Assembly (NCBI GenBank): GCA_027493675.1
Contig: JAOSKI010000005.1
Location: forward strand, 13,720-77,719
Origin: Microthrixaceae bacterium
GTDB lineage: Bacteria; Actinomycetota; Acidimicrobiia; Acidimicrobiales; Microtrichaceae
Length of the DNA stretch: 64,000 bases
Direction of reading: 5' to 3'
Shown: in pieces, positions 1-9,586 of the stretch
Layout: the number at the start of each line of letters is the position of its first letter
Numbering within the stretch: the stretch's first letter is position 1
Position numbers and translations under genes: made by a program
The notes under the pieces: generated by a model
What the model was told of the DNA's origin: nothing
Databases searched by the model: none
Seen by the model: only the letters and a program-made list of their open reading frames with translations

Positions 1-1113
1 TCGGCCAACAGGTCCACGGGAGCCATGTCGGCACGGTCCGATCCCAGATAGGCCGCCAATGACCTCCACGAGCTCATCCACGGTAGCGGCGTCGTAGTCC
101 GAGCGGCGAGCATGCTCCCGCAGGCGTGAAGCAGCATCCCTGAGGCTTCCCGAGGGGAGCTCACCGGCGGAAGCCAGCAGTGTGTTGGCATCGGCGAGAA
201 GGTCGTTTCCCGTCGTCACCTCTGCCTTCAACTCCTCGAGTCGACCCATCCAGAAGTCCGACAGCTCTCCGAGCAGATCCAGCCGGGCGATGGTGTGCGC
301 CTCACGGGTTCCGGCTTCGAGTCGTTCCTCCATGGAGTTGCGATCCGCTCCACCACCCGCCTCTCCGTCTGGGGGACCTCCCTGCGGACCGGGGACGCGA
401 GGCGGACCAACGACCGAGTCGAGATACTCCTGAGCGGAACGCTCGGCTGCGCGGCATTCCTCTATCAGCTGACCCAGCGCCTCCTCCCGGTGGATCCGGT
501 AGACACGGCGGCGCCCGAGATCCTCTATTCGTTCGGCGATCCGCAGCGCCTCCGCGGGGCGATCCATGGCGAGCAGTTCCCGAAGGCGATCACACATGAC
601 CGCTACGTCCGCAGGGTGGAGATCCGATCCGGCATCCCGCGCCGATGGGGGTGAATCGTCGGGCGCCGCTCGCCCGCGCTGCTCGAGCAGCTCCCGCCGG
701 GTGAGCTCCAACTCCGAGCTCAGGCGCCTCTCACTGGCGGTCAACTCCGCGAACCGTTGATCGGACGGGTCACCGTGATGACGATCACCGGCTGTTCCAG
801 CTGTCGTCTGGTCATTGCCCGCGGGCACGTCCACCACCGGCGGCGGACAACCGTCGAGCCCGTGATGGGTGGAGAAGTCCGAGTCGAGAGCAACGGCGGA
901 CCCATCCACCTCCAACTGAGCGTCGAGCCCACTCACCATGGTGCCGGTGAGTGCCTCGAAGACGGACCGCAGCAACCCACGATCGTCCTCGGTCGGCCTG
1001 AACAGGACGTTCAGGCCGGGCTTCAGGATCACAGCACGCGCGTCCGGGGACTTGGCGCGCACCGATGAGAACCTGAAGACCCTTTGGACCGGGGCTGGTT
1101 TGTGTGGTGTCAA
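1..1113 (-). CDS. hypothetical coiled-coil protein (C-terminus lies beyond the window edge)
   Basis: Hand translation of the minus strand gives one open frame from TTG at 1113 (GGAGGAG just upstream) to the window edge: ...VFRFSSVRAKSPDARAVILKPGLNVLFRPTEDDRGLLRSVFEALTG...ELTRRELLEQRG... It is missing from the ORF track only because it has no in-window stop. The frame seems to slip near 55-60. No family recognised. Confidence 0.5.
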   Translation of the reverse strand, partial: MTPHKPAPVQRVFRFSSVRAKSPDARAVILKPGLNVLFRPTEDDRGLLRSVFEALTGTMVSGLDAQLEVDGSAVALDSDFSTHHGLDGCPPPVVDVPAGNDQTTAGTAGDRHHGDPSDQRFAELTASERRLSSELELTRRELLEQRGRAAPDDSPPSARDAGSDLHPADVAVMCDRLRELLAMDRPAEALRIAERIEDLGRRRVYRIHREEALGQLIEECRAAERSAQEYLDSVVGPPRVPGPQGGPPDGEAGGGADRNSMEERLEAGTREAHTIARLDLLGELSDFWMGRLEELKAEVTTGNDLLADANTLLASAGELPSGSLRDAASRLREHARRSDYDAATVDELVEVIGGLSGIGPCRHGSRGPVGR

Positions 1114-1248
1114 CAGCTCCTCCGGCGCCGCCCGCAAACCCGAGTGTAGAACCTGAAATCCCGTTTCAACTATGTCGACTCATTCCACGTCTATTCGACG
1201 CACTCTGGACCTCGAGCGTCCAGACGACCCTTTCGCTCGGCCGCAGCA

Positions 1249-1542
1249 TCACCCGGAAGGCCCGTCGGCGCCGTCTCCGGTGTTCCCAGAGGGATCAGAA
1301 CCATCGCGGTGCGCCTCCTGGCGGCTCTCGGGCGACGTCATCGACGTGGTCCTGCGGCCCAGGTCACGCAGCAGGCCACCCACATCCTCCGCGACGCGTG
1401 AATCCTCGATCGCATCCTCTGCGGCGTCCAGGAACGACCTGGCGGCGGCAATCAGCTCCCGCGCCGCTGCCTGCAGGTGCTCGGTGCCCTCTGAGACCCG
1501 TCGGCTCGATCGCGGACCCTCCTCGGCGCCGACGTCATCCAC
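1249..1542 (-). CDS. small acidic hypothetical protein downstream of the ArsA-like gene
   Basis: 97-aa ORF, helical and acidic (EHLQAAARELIAAARSFLDAAEDAIED), same strand as the ATPase gene. The opposite-strand ORF 1172..1777 looks like its shadow. Confidence 0.4.
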   Translation of the reverse strand: MDDVGAEEGPRSSRRVSEGTEHLQAAARELIAAARSFLDAAEDAIEDSRVAEDVGGLLRDLGRRTTSMTSPESRQEAHRDGSDPSGNTGDGADGPSG

Positions 1543-1657
1543 CTCGTACTCCGATCATCAGGTCGTGAGGTCGCATCGCGGTCATCGGTCAATCATGGCG
1601 CAGGTCCGCCACCGATGGGAACGCAGTCCCGTGGTTGGTCGGGCAGCACACACCGCC

Positions 1658-2837
1658 CTATGCACCGAACTCGATGCGGAGCTCCTCGCCGGCAACCTCG
1701 GCACGTGTCACATGACGACCACGCAACGCAGAAGGCAGTGCGAGATTGCGCCGGTACGGGCCCACGGCAACGGCTAGATCACCATCGGTCGAGGTCAGGT
1801 CGATCTCCTCGCTCGTGGTGTTGGGCAGCGAGATCACGAGCACCGGGTGGTCGTCGCGGTAGCTGATTCTCACAGGTGATCCCGGTGAGAGATCGCTCAG
1901 AGGATCAACCCCGGCCCACAGGGTCGCGCCGTGTCGGCACAGCGCCTCCGCGCCGATGACCTCGGCACCCGCATGAGGCGACGACAGTATCCGAAGGGGA
2001 TGGAACTCATCGGCGACGTCACGCATCTGGTGTTCCTGGGCCGCCAGCATCCGAGCCAGGAACGGGTCGTCGCTGCCGGGAGGCAGCAGGCGGTTCACCA
2101 CCACGGCATCGGTGTGGTACCCGAACATCGACAGGTACGTGAAGGTACGGCGGGCCTCGGCCAGGACCACCTGCTCGGGCGTCACGACGATCCGGGCGGT
2201 GGTCAGGGTGTCGTCGGTGAGGAGGTCACGCACCGAGATCAGTTGAGCGTGGAACCGCTCAACAGCGTCGAACACCTCAGGAGTCGCCATGGGAACATCG
2301 CTCACCCTCGCGAGTATCGGCCCGACAACGCGGGTCAGGCGTCGTGAAGCCGGGAACGCGCGCCTCATGTACCAGTCGAGGATGTCGGGCAACGACAGCA
2401 GGCGGATGGTCTCAGCGGTGGGCGCACAGTCGACCACTACGACGTCGTGGTCACCCGAGCGCGCCAGGGAATCGATCTCCATGAGGGCGACGAGCTCCTC
2501 CAGGCCAGGCAGCACGGCAAGCTCCTCGGCCTCCAGCGCCGACAGCCCGGCCCAATCCAGCAGCTGCACCAACCACGAGCGGACGTCGCCCCAGGATTCC
2601 TCCATCCTCACCAGGGCATCCACCTGCTGGGCGAAGCACCCAGGTGTGACCTCGGTCGGCTCACTACCCAGCGGCACTGCGAACACGTCCGCCAGCGAAT
2701 GGGCAGGATCCGCCGAGGTGACCACCACACGGTGACCACGGGACGCCAACTCCACCGCCGTCGCGGCTGCGGTGGTCGTCTTTCCCCACCCCACCCTTTC
2801 CCGTGAACAGCAGCACCCGTGCGTACTCAGCGGGCAT
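1658..2837 (-). CDS. ArsA/GET3-family ATPase (anion-transporting ATPase-like), frameshifted in this sequence
   Basis: ORF 1658..2851 carries the family body (DVVVVDCAPTAETIRLLSLPD, VVTPEQVVLAEARR). The P-loop N-terminus MPAEYARVLLFTGKGGVGK is one frame away in ORF 2664..2879. A 1-nt insertion near 2777-2787 separates GKGGVGK from TTTAAATAVELA. Confidence 0.85.
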
Positions 2838-3243
2838 CCGAGGAATCCCAACGCGCATCGAACAGACCGTGACGGACACCCCAGAAGCCGGACAGCGAGA
2901 GCTGGAGCAGGGGGACGAGGGTACCGAAGGCCAACTCGGGAGTCGACAGGCCGGCTACAGCAGTTGCCACGGAAATCGCCACCGCGGCAGCGAGTGACCC
3001 GTTGAGAGACCGTCGCACAGCACGTGGTGCGGCATCCACGAGGAAGAACAGGCCACCGATTCCCATGGCGTCACGGGTGCTGCGGACCACTGCCAACACC
3101 ACATCGAGGGCCAGCAACACGCCACCGATGCAGAACAACACGAAGGTGACCGCGAAGAAGGGCCCGACGAAGTCGGGGTCGAGCAGCGCCACGACCGAGA
3201 CGATCCCCAACAGGGCGGTTGCCCCCCACGACAGCACGAGCAC
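2827..3243 (-). CDS. small integral membrane protein
   Basis: 138-aa ORF with 3-4 hydrophobic spans (ALLGIVSVVALL, FFAVTFVLFCIGGVLLALDVVLAVV, GGLFFLVDAA, AAAVAISVATAVAGL). Its stop overlaps the ArsA-like start. An N-terminal extension in the frame of ORF 2955..3599 (VSEAGDPGRSQTVAEARAAAEARR...) is possible if a G-run near 3245 is miscalled. Confidence 0.55.
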   Translation of the reverse strand: MLVLSWGATALLGIVSVVALLDPDFVGPFFAVTFVLFCIGGVLLALDVVLAVVRSTRDAMGIGGLFFLVDAAPRAVRRSLNGSLAAAVAISVATAVAGLSTPELAFGTLVPLLQLSLSGFWGVRHGLFDARWDSSDAR

Positions 3244-3424
3244 CCCCTCCCGGGAATCGCACCTGCGAAGGCAGCCTGCAACCGCCGCTCGAGCGCTTCG
3301 TGGTGCTCCGCGCGTCGGGCTTCGGCTGCGGCACGTGCTTCGGCAACCGTCTGCGAGCGGCCTGGGTCGCCTGCCTCACTCACTGGAGGCCACGACCGCG
3401 AGATGGCCGAGATGGCACATTCGT

Positions 3425-4732
3425 TCACCCGACATCCCGACCAGTCTCGCGGTGCTGCGCCACGACAGCCAACAGGGGTGCATGATCCACGGTCACGCGT
3501 CGCGGATGCTCCGGAGAGCGCTCCGCGAGAACCTCCGGGTGGTTCAGCCACGGTTCTTCGTGGAGGAGGTCGTCCGCACCCGCCCTGCGCGCCGCCCATG
3601 CTGCATGGTGCACCAGAAGTGGATCCTCGTCTGCCAGGTAGCGCCGCAGCAGTCCTCGCACGACCAGCGTGTCGGCACCGCTGGGACCGGGGCGTGAGGA
3701 GTCAAGTGCCGCGGCGGCGTTCCCGAGCACCACGAGTGCATTGCGGCGCAGGTAACGCGGATCACGCTTGGGTATGTACCACGTGCCGAAGCGCTCCAAC
3801 AGCGCCTCATCGGTCATCGTAAGCAGGTCCTCGATCGCCACACTGTCACCCGGAGATGGGAGTCCACCCACGTCGGCCGGCTCAGGTGGCACGGAGCGAA
3901 CCGAAGCGGACACGTTGCTCGGAGGGCATGCCTCCTGGCAGTCGTCACATCCGTAGATGCGCGTTCCCAACGCAGCCCTGAACCGTCGCGGGAACTCACC
4001 GGTGCGCTGCAACAGCCACGACAGGCAGCGTGAGGAGTCCAACACCCCTGGAGCCACCAGCGCCCCTGTCGGACAGGCCGTGATGCAGCGGGTGCAGTTC
4101 CCACAACCCCTTGCCAGGGCACGTTGCGCATCGGCGCCACCTGGAAGCACGTTGGCACCTCGAAGGGCGGTCTCACCGGACAGATCCGCGTCGCCGGACA
4201 GCACGGCATCGGTGAGGATGCTGCCTATGACCACCCAGCTTCCGACCCCAGGCACCAGGAGATTGGCGTTCTTGCCCAGCCAACCGAGACCAGCGCGCAC
4301 TGCGAGTGACCGATCCACCAGCGCGTTGTCATCTGCCAGCACCGCAGCACGATGGCCCCGCACGCGGAGCACCTCGGCGCCGGCGCCCAGAGCGGCGCGC
4401 AGAGCACCGTAGGTGTCAGCCACCGCGTATCGCGACACGTCGGCGACGAGGGTGTCCGGATGCTCGGAACGCTCCCTGCTGTAGGGGAACGCTGCGACTA
4501 CTGCGCACTGCGCCGAAGGCAATGCCCGCCTCGGATCCGTTGAGCGCTCCGGATTGCGGTAGGTGAACGCCATTCCGTCGTGCAGGCCGGCAGATCGCCG
4601 TCGCCGGATCGCGTCCCGGGCCTCCTGCAACACCTCGACTCCGCACACGCCCACCGCCACGGCTCCCGCACCCGTCACGGCAGCGAAGACATCGTTGCGA
4701 ACGGCGTCGGGGTCCATCCCCCAAGTCTGCAC
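3425..4732 (-). CDS. queG: epoxyqueuosine reductase (tRNA epoxyqueuosine(34) reductase)
   Basis: Intact 435-aa ORF with LAVRAGLGWLGKNANLL, two 4Fe-4S Cys clusters (CGNCTRCITACPTGA; YGCDDCQEACPP) and a C-terminal RRNALVVLGN HEAT-like segment. Confidence 0.85.
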   Translation of the reverse strand: MQTWGMDPDAVRNDVFAAVTGAGAVAVGVCGVEVLQEARDAIRRRRSAGLHDGMAFTYRNPERSTDPRRALPSAQCAVVAAFPYSRERSEHPDTLVADVSRYAVADTYGALRAALGAGAEVLRVRGHRAAVLADDNALVDRSLAVRAGLGWLGKNANLLVPGVGSWVVIGSILTDAVLSGDADLSGETALRGANVLPGGADAQRALARGCGNCTRCITACPTGALVAPGVLDSSRCLSWLLQRTGEFPRRFRAALGTRIYGCDDCQEACPPSNVSASVRSVPPEPADVGGLPSPGDSVAIEDLLTMTDEALLERFGTWYIPKRDPRYLRRNALVVLGNAAAALDSSRPGPSGADTLVVRGLLRRYLADEDPLLVHHAAWAARRAGADDLLHEEPWLNHPEVLAERSPEHPRRVTVDHAPLLAVVAQHRETGRDVG

Positions 4733-4771
4733 ATGTGGAACGACAGGCGCCGCACCGGATGCGACGGCGCC

Positions 4772-5074
4772 TCATCCCACGGCCGAACCCCGCCCGCGGT
4801 ACCTGAGAGGAGGAGCCAGGCCACCGGCCTGGAGGCGCCGCACGAGGCGCAGGTCGTCCAACGTCACGACCACTGAGGCGTCATCCTCGCCACAGAGGTA
4901 GGTGATCACGCAGTCCGAGCAGTGGTCGCTGTGCCGCCGGGAGCAGTCGTTGCAGCCGAAGCTCAACGACGGTCCGGTCGACGAGGGCGGACTCGCGGCC
5001 CCGTGGAAGTCGTGGACATGCTCGTGGTCCGAGGCTTTCTCCATGCAGCGCACGATACGGACCCCCTGCGACAT
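4772..5074 (-). CDS. small Cys/His-rich hypothetical protein
   Basis: 100-aa ORF: EKASDHEHVHDFHG...FGCNDCSRRHSDHCSDCVITYLCGEDD, then a basic tail. Putative metal-binding. No family recognised. Confidence 0.4.
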   Translation of the reverse strand: MSQGVRIVRCMEKASDHEHVHDFHGAASPPSSTGPSLSFGCNDCSRRHSDHCSDCVITYLCGEDDASVVVTLDDLRLVRRLQAGGLAPPLRYRGRGSAVG

Positions 5075-5164
5075 CCACGGTCGACCGGAGGGTCCCCTGC
5101 GATCTGTCCGGTGTGGTGCGCGGCTTCCGCGGCTGAGGCCGGACAGTCGGCGGGGGTGGCGGGC

Positions 5165-5922
5165 TCAGGAACGTCGCGCAAGCGACAGGAGGGTCTCGGA
5201 GGACACCACGTTCGCTCCACGGTCCCGCGCCGTCACGCACTCGCCTGTCGGAGGAGACCACGACCACCGACGCCTCTTCGGGGCTTGGTCCACGAACTCG
5301 AGCAGCCGATCGTCGGCTTCCATCTCCGCCGGGGTGAAGTGGACCCTCACGGCCAACGGAACGCTGACCGCTGGGCGAGGCTCCGTCGTCGTCTCCGTCG
5401 AACACGATGTGCCAGGTGGCGCCACCGAGAGCCGCCAGGGCCCCGACAACACCTACGAGAGACTCCCTCTGTTGCCAGAGCTCCAGGTTCGGCCAGCCCT
5501 TCATCGACACGTTGTAGCCGTCCAGCATCACCACGATCCCGGGACGGGCAAAGGAGTGCGTCGAGACCCTCGACCGAATCCACCGTCAGACCGCGCCCCA
5601 ACCGCACAGGTCGCCTCCTGCGCGCGACGACCTCCCGACGGCCAACCGAAAGGGGACCACCCGTGCCACCTCCATCCGGTTCGCCGTCCGTGGCGACGTC
5701 GTCGGACTGCTCCAGGCCGGCGGCAAGTGACTCGACGTGACCAGCGAGGCCGCGTGCGGCCTCAGCCAATTCGGAGGCTCTTGCCTCCACCTCAGCGATC
5801 GAGTCCGTCATGCGTTGGAGCTCCACATGGTCGATGTGCAGCACGCTCAGCTGATCCGAGTCGCCCTGTGGCGAGCCATCGCCGACGTCCCCGGGCGAGC
5901 TCAAGTGCCTGCTCCAGCTCAC
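5165..5922 (-). CDS. NYN/YacP-like (PIN-fold) domain protein with coiled-coil N-terminus, multiply frameshifted
   Basis: Pieces lie in three frames. ORF 5347..5922 gives the coiled coil (VELQRMTDSIAEVEARASELAEAARGL). ORF 4881..5534 gives the N-terminal part VMLDGYNVSMKGWPNLE...WHIVFDG. ORF 5165..5452 gives VRVHFTPAEMEADDRLLEFVDQAP...ARDRGANVVSSETLLSLAR. DGYNV...VFDG...SSD is the YacP/NYN signature. Confidence 0.65.
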
Positions 5923-6821
5923 GTTGGCGTTGCAGACGGCGTTCGGCGAGTCCTCTCTTGTACCTTCAGCTGGCGCACCGCTTCGCCGCGTTCCTCGGTC
6001 AGCCGGTCGATCGTGGCCAGGGCCTCCGCCAGTTGTGGCTGCGTCGCATCGAGCTGTTCCTGCTGCTCAGCTTCCCTCCCACGGAGCTCGGCCAGCGAGG
6101 CGGCCAAGTCGTCCCGCTCGGAATGGAACCGGTCACGTTGCTCGGACAACGCACGGCGAGCATCATCGGCGTCAGCGAGCCGTGCCGCCATGTCATCGAC
6201 CTCAGCACGCCTCGACGCTTCCTCTACGAGCACACAGAGCACGTCCGCCCATCCATCGGGCCGAGTGAGGAACAACCTGGATCCCTCGTCGAGCGCCTCC
6301 ACATCTGCCTGCTCGACCACCCTGGATCGGAAGCCGGCGTCGCCATCAAGGGCGTCACGCACGATGCCCAAAGCGCGTTCGGGGAGGCTGGCGAACCCGA
6401 GGATCGGACCGAGCATCCGAGGTGGTTCCGGCGCAGACCGATCATCTCGATCCCGCCGCGCCACCACGAACGCGACCTCGAGCGCCTCCTGGATCGGGGT
6501 CAGATCAGCCCCGATTGCTCTGGAGCTCCCTGGTTCACCACCGAGATCACCCTCACCCGATGCGTATTCGATGACCGCCGATCCGTTACCGCACCAACGA
6601 CAACTCACCTCCTCGATCTCCTCATTCAGGAGTTCGCTGTCATCGATGGTCAACTCGCCCGATACCGAGAAATGGTGGAACGCCCGGGTCCGGCGAGTAG
6701 ATGTGACATCGAAGCGCGTGATGTTCCCGCATGCAGTGCACCGGTACCGCTTCACGACATCATCAGTGTTCATCGGCCCATTCTGCACTTGCGACGAGGC
6801 GACCGTGCCATCGGATCTCAA
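5919..6821 (-). CDS. zinc-ribbon plus coiled-coil hypothetical protein
   Basis: Intact 300-aa ORF. N-terminus has two CxxC pairs (RYRCTACGNITRF ... VSCRWCGNGS); C-terminus is a long coiled coil (LAELRGREAEQQEQLDATQPQLAEALATIDRLTEERGEAVRQLK). The real start may be the ATG at about 6773 (MNTDDVVKRY). Confidence 0.6.
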   Translation of the reverse strand: MRSDGTVASSQVQNGPMNTDDVVKRYRCTACGNITRFDVTSTRRTRAFHHFSVSGELTIDDSELLNEEIEEVSCRWCGNGSAVIEYASGEGDLGGEPGSSRAIGADLTPIQEALEVAFVVARRDRDDRSAPEPPRMLGPILGFASLPERALGIVRDALDGDAGFRSRVVEQADVEALDEGSRLFLTRPDGWADVLCVLVEEASRRAEVDDMAARLADADDARRALSEQRDRFHSERDDLAASLAELRGREAEQQEQLDATQPQLAEALATIDRLTEERGEAVRQLKVQERTRRTPSATPT

Positions 6822-7886
6822 GCAGAGGCCGCCGCGGCAGCCCTGCTCGCCGCCACCAGCCGGCCGAGTGTGGCAGCCGCAGAACCATCACGGAGCGCCT
6901 CGGCCGCCTGTTCGACACCGCTTCCGAGATCAGCCGCGAGGCCACACACCACCAGCCCAGCGGAGGCGTTGAGGACGACCATGTCCGCGAGCGGGCCAGT
7001 GGCTCCCTCGAAGAGCGCGTTCGCGGCGGCGGCGTTCGCGACGGGGTCACCGACCGAGATCGCCTCGACCTCGACACGCTGCAGACCCAGCTGCTCCGGG
7101 GTCACCTCGAAGCGCCTCACCTCTTCAGTGCCCACTATCTCGATCACGCTGGTCGGCCCGGTTGTGGTCAACTCGTCGAGGCCTCCGTGTCCGTGCAGAA
7201 CCCACGAACACACAGTGCCTCGCCGTGCAACGGCGGCGGCCACCAGATCGAGGCGCCCCGGGTCGGCCACCCCGATCACCTGGAGTCCGACGTGACCCGG
7301 GTGGGACAGCGGCCCGAGCAGGTTGAACACCGTCGGAATGCCCATCTCCGCACGCACGGGTGCGGCGTGACGCATGGCCGGGTGGAACATCCTCGCAAAG
7401 GCGAAGCCCACGCCCGCATCGCGGACGCATGCCACCACACCCGGTCCGTCCAGCTCCACCTCCACATCGAGCGCTTCGAGGAGGTCGGTGCTGCCGGAGG
7501 TGGAGGAGGCCTTGCGGTTGCCGTGCTTGCACACCGTCGCTCCCACGGCAGCCGCCACCACCGACGCCATCGTGGAGACGTTGAACGCTCCCCCACGTAG
7601 GGGCCGGGGATCCACCCGTGCCGACCAGGTCGAGGGTGTTGTCGGGGTCGGGCAGCTTCAACGGCGCCGCTGCATCCCACATGGCGCCGACCATGCCCGC
7701 AACCTCATCGGGTGTCTCACCCTTGGTTCGCAGGGCCGCCAGTAGAGCACCGATCTGGGAATCCGTTGCCTCACCCGCAAGAACCTCCGTCATGACCAAG
7801 CGGGCATCCGAGGCGGTCAGGTCCTCCCTGGCCACCAGCCGCGCAAGGACGGCAGGCCAACCACCGGCGGCGTGGAACTCACCCAC
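6818..7886 (-). CDS. trpD: anthranilate phosphoribosyltransferase, frameshifted in this sequence
   Basis: ORF 7125..7886 supplies the N-terminus (EATDSQIGALLAALRTKGETPDEVAGMV...LDLVGTGG). ORF 6818..7615 supplies GAFNVSTMASVVAAAVGATVCKHGNRKASSTSGSTDLLEALD...FHPAMRHAAPVRAEMGIPTVFNLLGPL. The frame changes at about 7590-7615 (C5/G4 runs). Confidence 0.9.
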
Positions 7887-7889
7887 AGG

Positions 7890-8163
7890 TCACGAGGCCG
7901 CAGCGGCGCGGGCGAGGCTGCGCTGACGACGGCGCCTTCGGATGATGCGCTGACGCTCCCTTTCGGTGGCGCCACCCCACACACCGTTGTGCTCCCGGTA
8001 CGCGATGGCGTGCTCCAGGCACACCTCCTGAACCGGGCACACGGCACAGACCTCTTTGGCCGCCTCGGCATCCTCGTCGGTTGCCGGATAGAAGATCGCG
8101 GAGTCGAGGCCCTTGCACGCGGCGCTCGCCGCCCATGCCGGAGCAGAGGTGGGGGGGTGTCAT
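7890..8163 (-). CDS. whiB: WhiB-family Fe-S transcriptional regulator, frameshifted at a G7 run
   Basis: Not in the ORF track. Hand translation gives AWAASAACKGLDSAIFYPATDEDAEAAKEVCAVCPVQEVCLEHAIAYREHNGVWGGATERERQRIIRRRRQ*, i.e. four Cys, GVWGG and a basic tail. The only start (ATG 8163, MTPP) is out of frame by one base across the homopolymer at 8151-8157. Confidence 0.85.
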
Positions 8164-8278
8164 ACAGGGGCCATACTGCCAAGGGAAACCGCGGATTCCA
8201 AAGCGATTGCCTGTCGGTGGTTCTCCTGTCCTTCCAATGGCCGACCGGATCGGTTCGGTCAAGCGGAACGGCCGCCAT

Positions 8279-8941
8279 TCAGCCTCGCAGATCCTTCGCC
8301 AACTCCTTCGCCATCTCCTCGGAGAGAGCCGACTCGTGGCTGTACTCCGGGTGATCGACCGCCAGGACCACTGGCCCGGTACCCCAGGAGTCGACCTGAT
8401 GCGAGGTGAACCCGAACTCGATGAAATGGACTGCCGCGGTCACGTCCTCGCGGGTCAGTTGCTCTCCGTGAGCCTGCTCCACGCGGCTCCTGACCTCTTC
8501 ACCGGCAAAGCGGAACACCACGTGGCTCTCGATCCCCACCAACTTGGGCAACCACTCCCGCAGCTGGGGATCCTCGGTCAGCTCCAGCATCAGCGTCGCC
8601 GACAACGACCCGGGATCCGGGATGAGCGGGTTGTAGGTGTCGAGTTGCTCCTGCAGCCCCTCGTCGGTGAGGATCCTTTCCGCGCGGGCCATCTCGTGTA
8701 TCTGCGACAGCACGGTCTCACGATTGTCGAACAACAGCGACACGAACGGCCCCACATGGGCACGACGACGCTTCTTCAGGGCGATGATCGATGCGATCGC
8801 CTCCGCGCGCCTGCGTTCGTAGAACCGGAGGTCGTCGATGTCGTCGAGGGTCAGCTTGCGATTGCTCAGGAGACGGTTTCCAGACCCTCGGCGAAGCGGC
8901 CGGCATGGGACTTCTCGGCACGAGCGAGGGTCTCGAGCCAC
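8279..8941 (-). CDS. DUF3501-family protein
   Basis: [63 protein letters not shown]... resembles DUF3501, which typically accompanies rubrerythrin. The true start is probably near 8873, because the first ~20 codons overlap the rubrerythrin 3' end. Confidence 0.7.
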   Translation of the reverse strand: MARDPRSCREVPCRPLRRGSGNRLLSNRKLTLDDIDDLRFYERRRAEAIASIIALKKRRRAHVGPFVSLLFDNRETVLSQIHEMARAERILTDEGLQEQLDTYNPLIPDPGSLSATLMLELTEDPQLREWLPKLVGIESHVVFRFAGEEVRSRVEQAHGEQLTREDVTAAVHFIEFGFTSHQVDSWGTGPVVLAVDHPEYSHESALSEEMAKELAKDLRG

Positions 8942-9285
8942 TCGGCGACCTCCTCGAAGCCCTCGTCGCGCGCGGTCTTGGCGAAACCCGGATACATCTC
9001 GGTGTACTCGTAGGTCTCTCCCGCGATCGCCGAGCGGAGGTTGTCGGCCGTGGTGCCCACCGGTTCACCGGTTGCGGGGTCGCCGGTCTCGGCCAGGAAG
9101 TCGAAGTGACCGAAGGCATGTCCGGTCTCACCCTCTGCGACGCTTCTGAACAGTGCGGCGATGTCGGGTTGGCCCTCCACGTCTGCCTTCTGCGCGAAGT
9201 AGAGGTAGCGACGGTTGGCCTGGCTCTCCCCTGCGAAGGCTGCTTTCAGGTTGTCCTCGGTCTTGGATCCCTTCAGGTCTGGCAT
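8866..9285 (-). CDS. rubrerythrin-family (ferritin-like diiron) protein
   Basis: ATG at 9285 preceded by [41 protein letters not shown]...[15 protein letters not shown]...[14 protein letters not shown]...[11 protein letters not shown] shows the ExxH diiron motifs. The upstream part of ORF 8866..9600 is non-coding read-through. Confidence 0.85.
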   Translation of the reverse strand: MPDLKGSKTEDNLKAAFAGESQANRRYLYFAQKADVEGQPDIAALFRSVAEGETGHAFGHFDFLAETGDPATGEPVGTTADNLRSAIAGETYEYTEMYPGFAKTARDEGFEEVAEWLETLARAEKSHAGRFAEGLETVS

Positions 9286-9586
9286 TGGTCCTCCAGTGTT
9301 GGTTTCTGCGAACTCGGCCACCGTGGCGGCGCGCCCACTCACCATAGGACTTCCAAGGGCCACGGTCTCCGCGCCTGACCACCGACTCTGCGGATGCCTC
9401 GAAGGGACCTCCACACCCAACTGCTCGCTCGACGGTCGCATCGGCCCGCGGACTCGCCGGGCGGCCGCTGGTCGACTCACAGCGAGTCCCCGTGCTGCCC
9501 TTCGACCGTTCCCTCGCCGTCGTGCCGACCACTCGCCGCCGGAGCGCCCCGCCAAGGGCCACGGGACCTGGCTAGAGTCGGCGCCC

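Noticed and set aside
4902-7295. 797-aa plus-strand ORF
   Set aside because: It runs antisense to four well-supported minus-strand genes (NYN, Zn-ribbon protein, trpD). Its composition is Arg/Pro/Ser-rich low complexity, typical of high-GC shadow ORFs, and it has no recognisable motifs.
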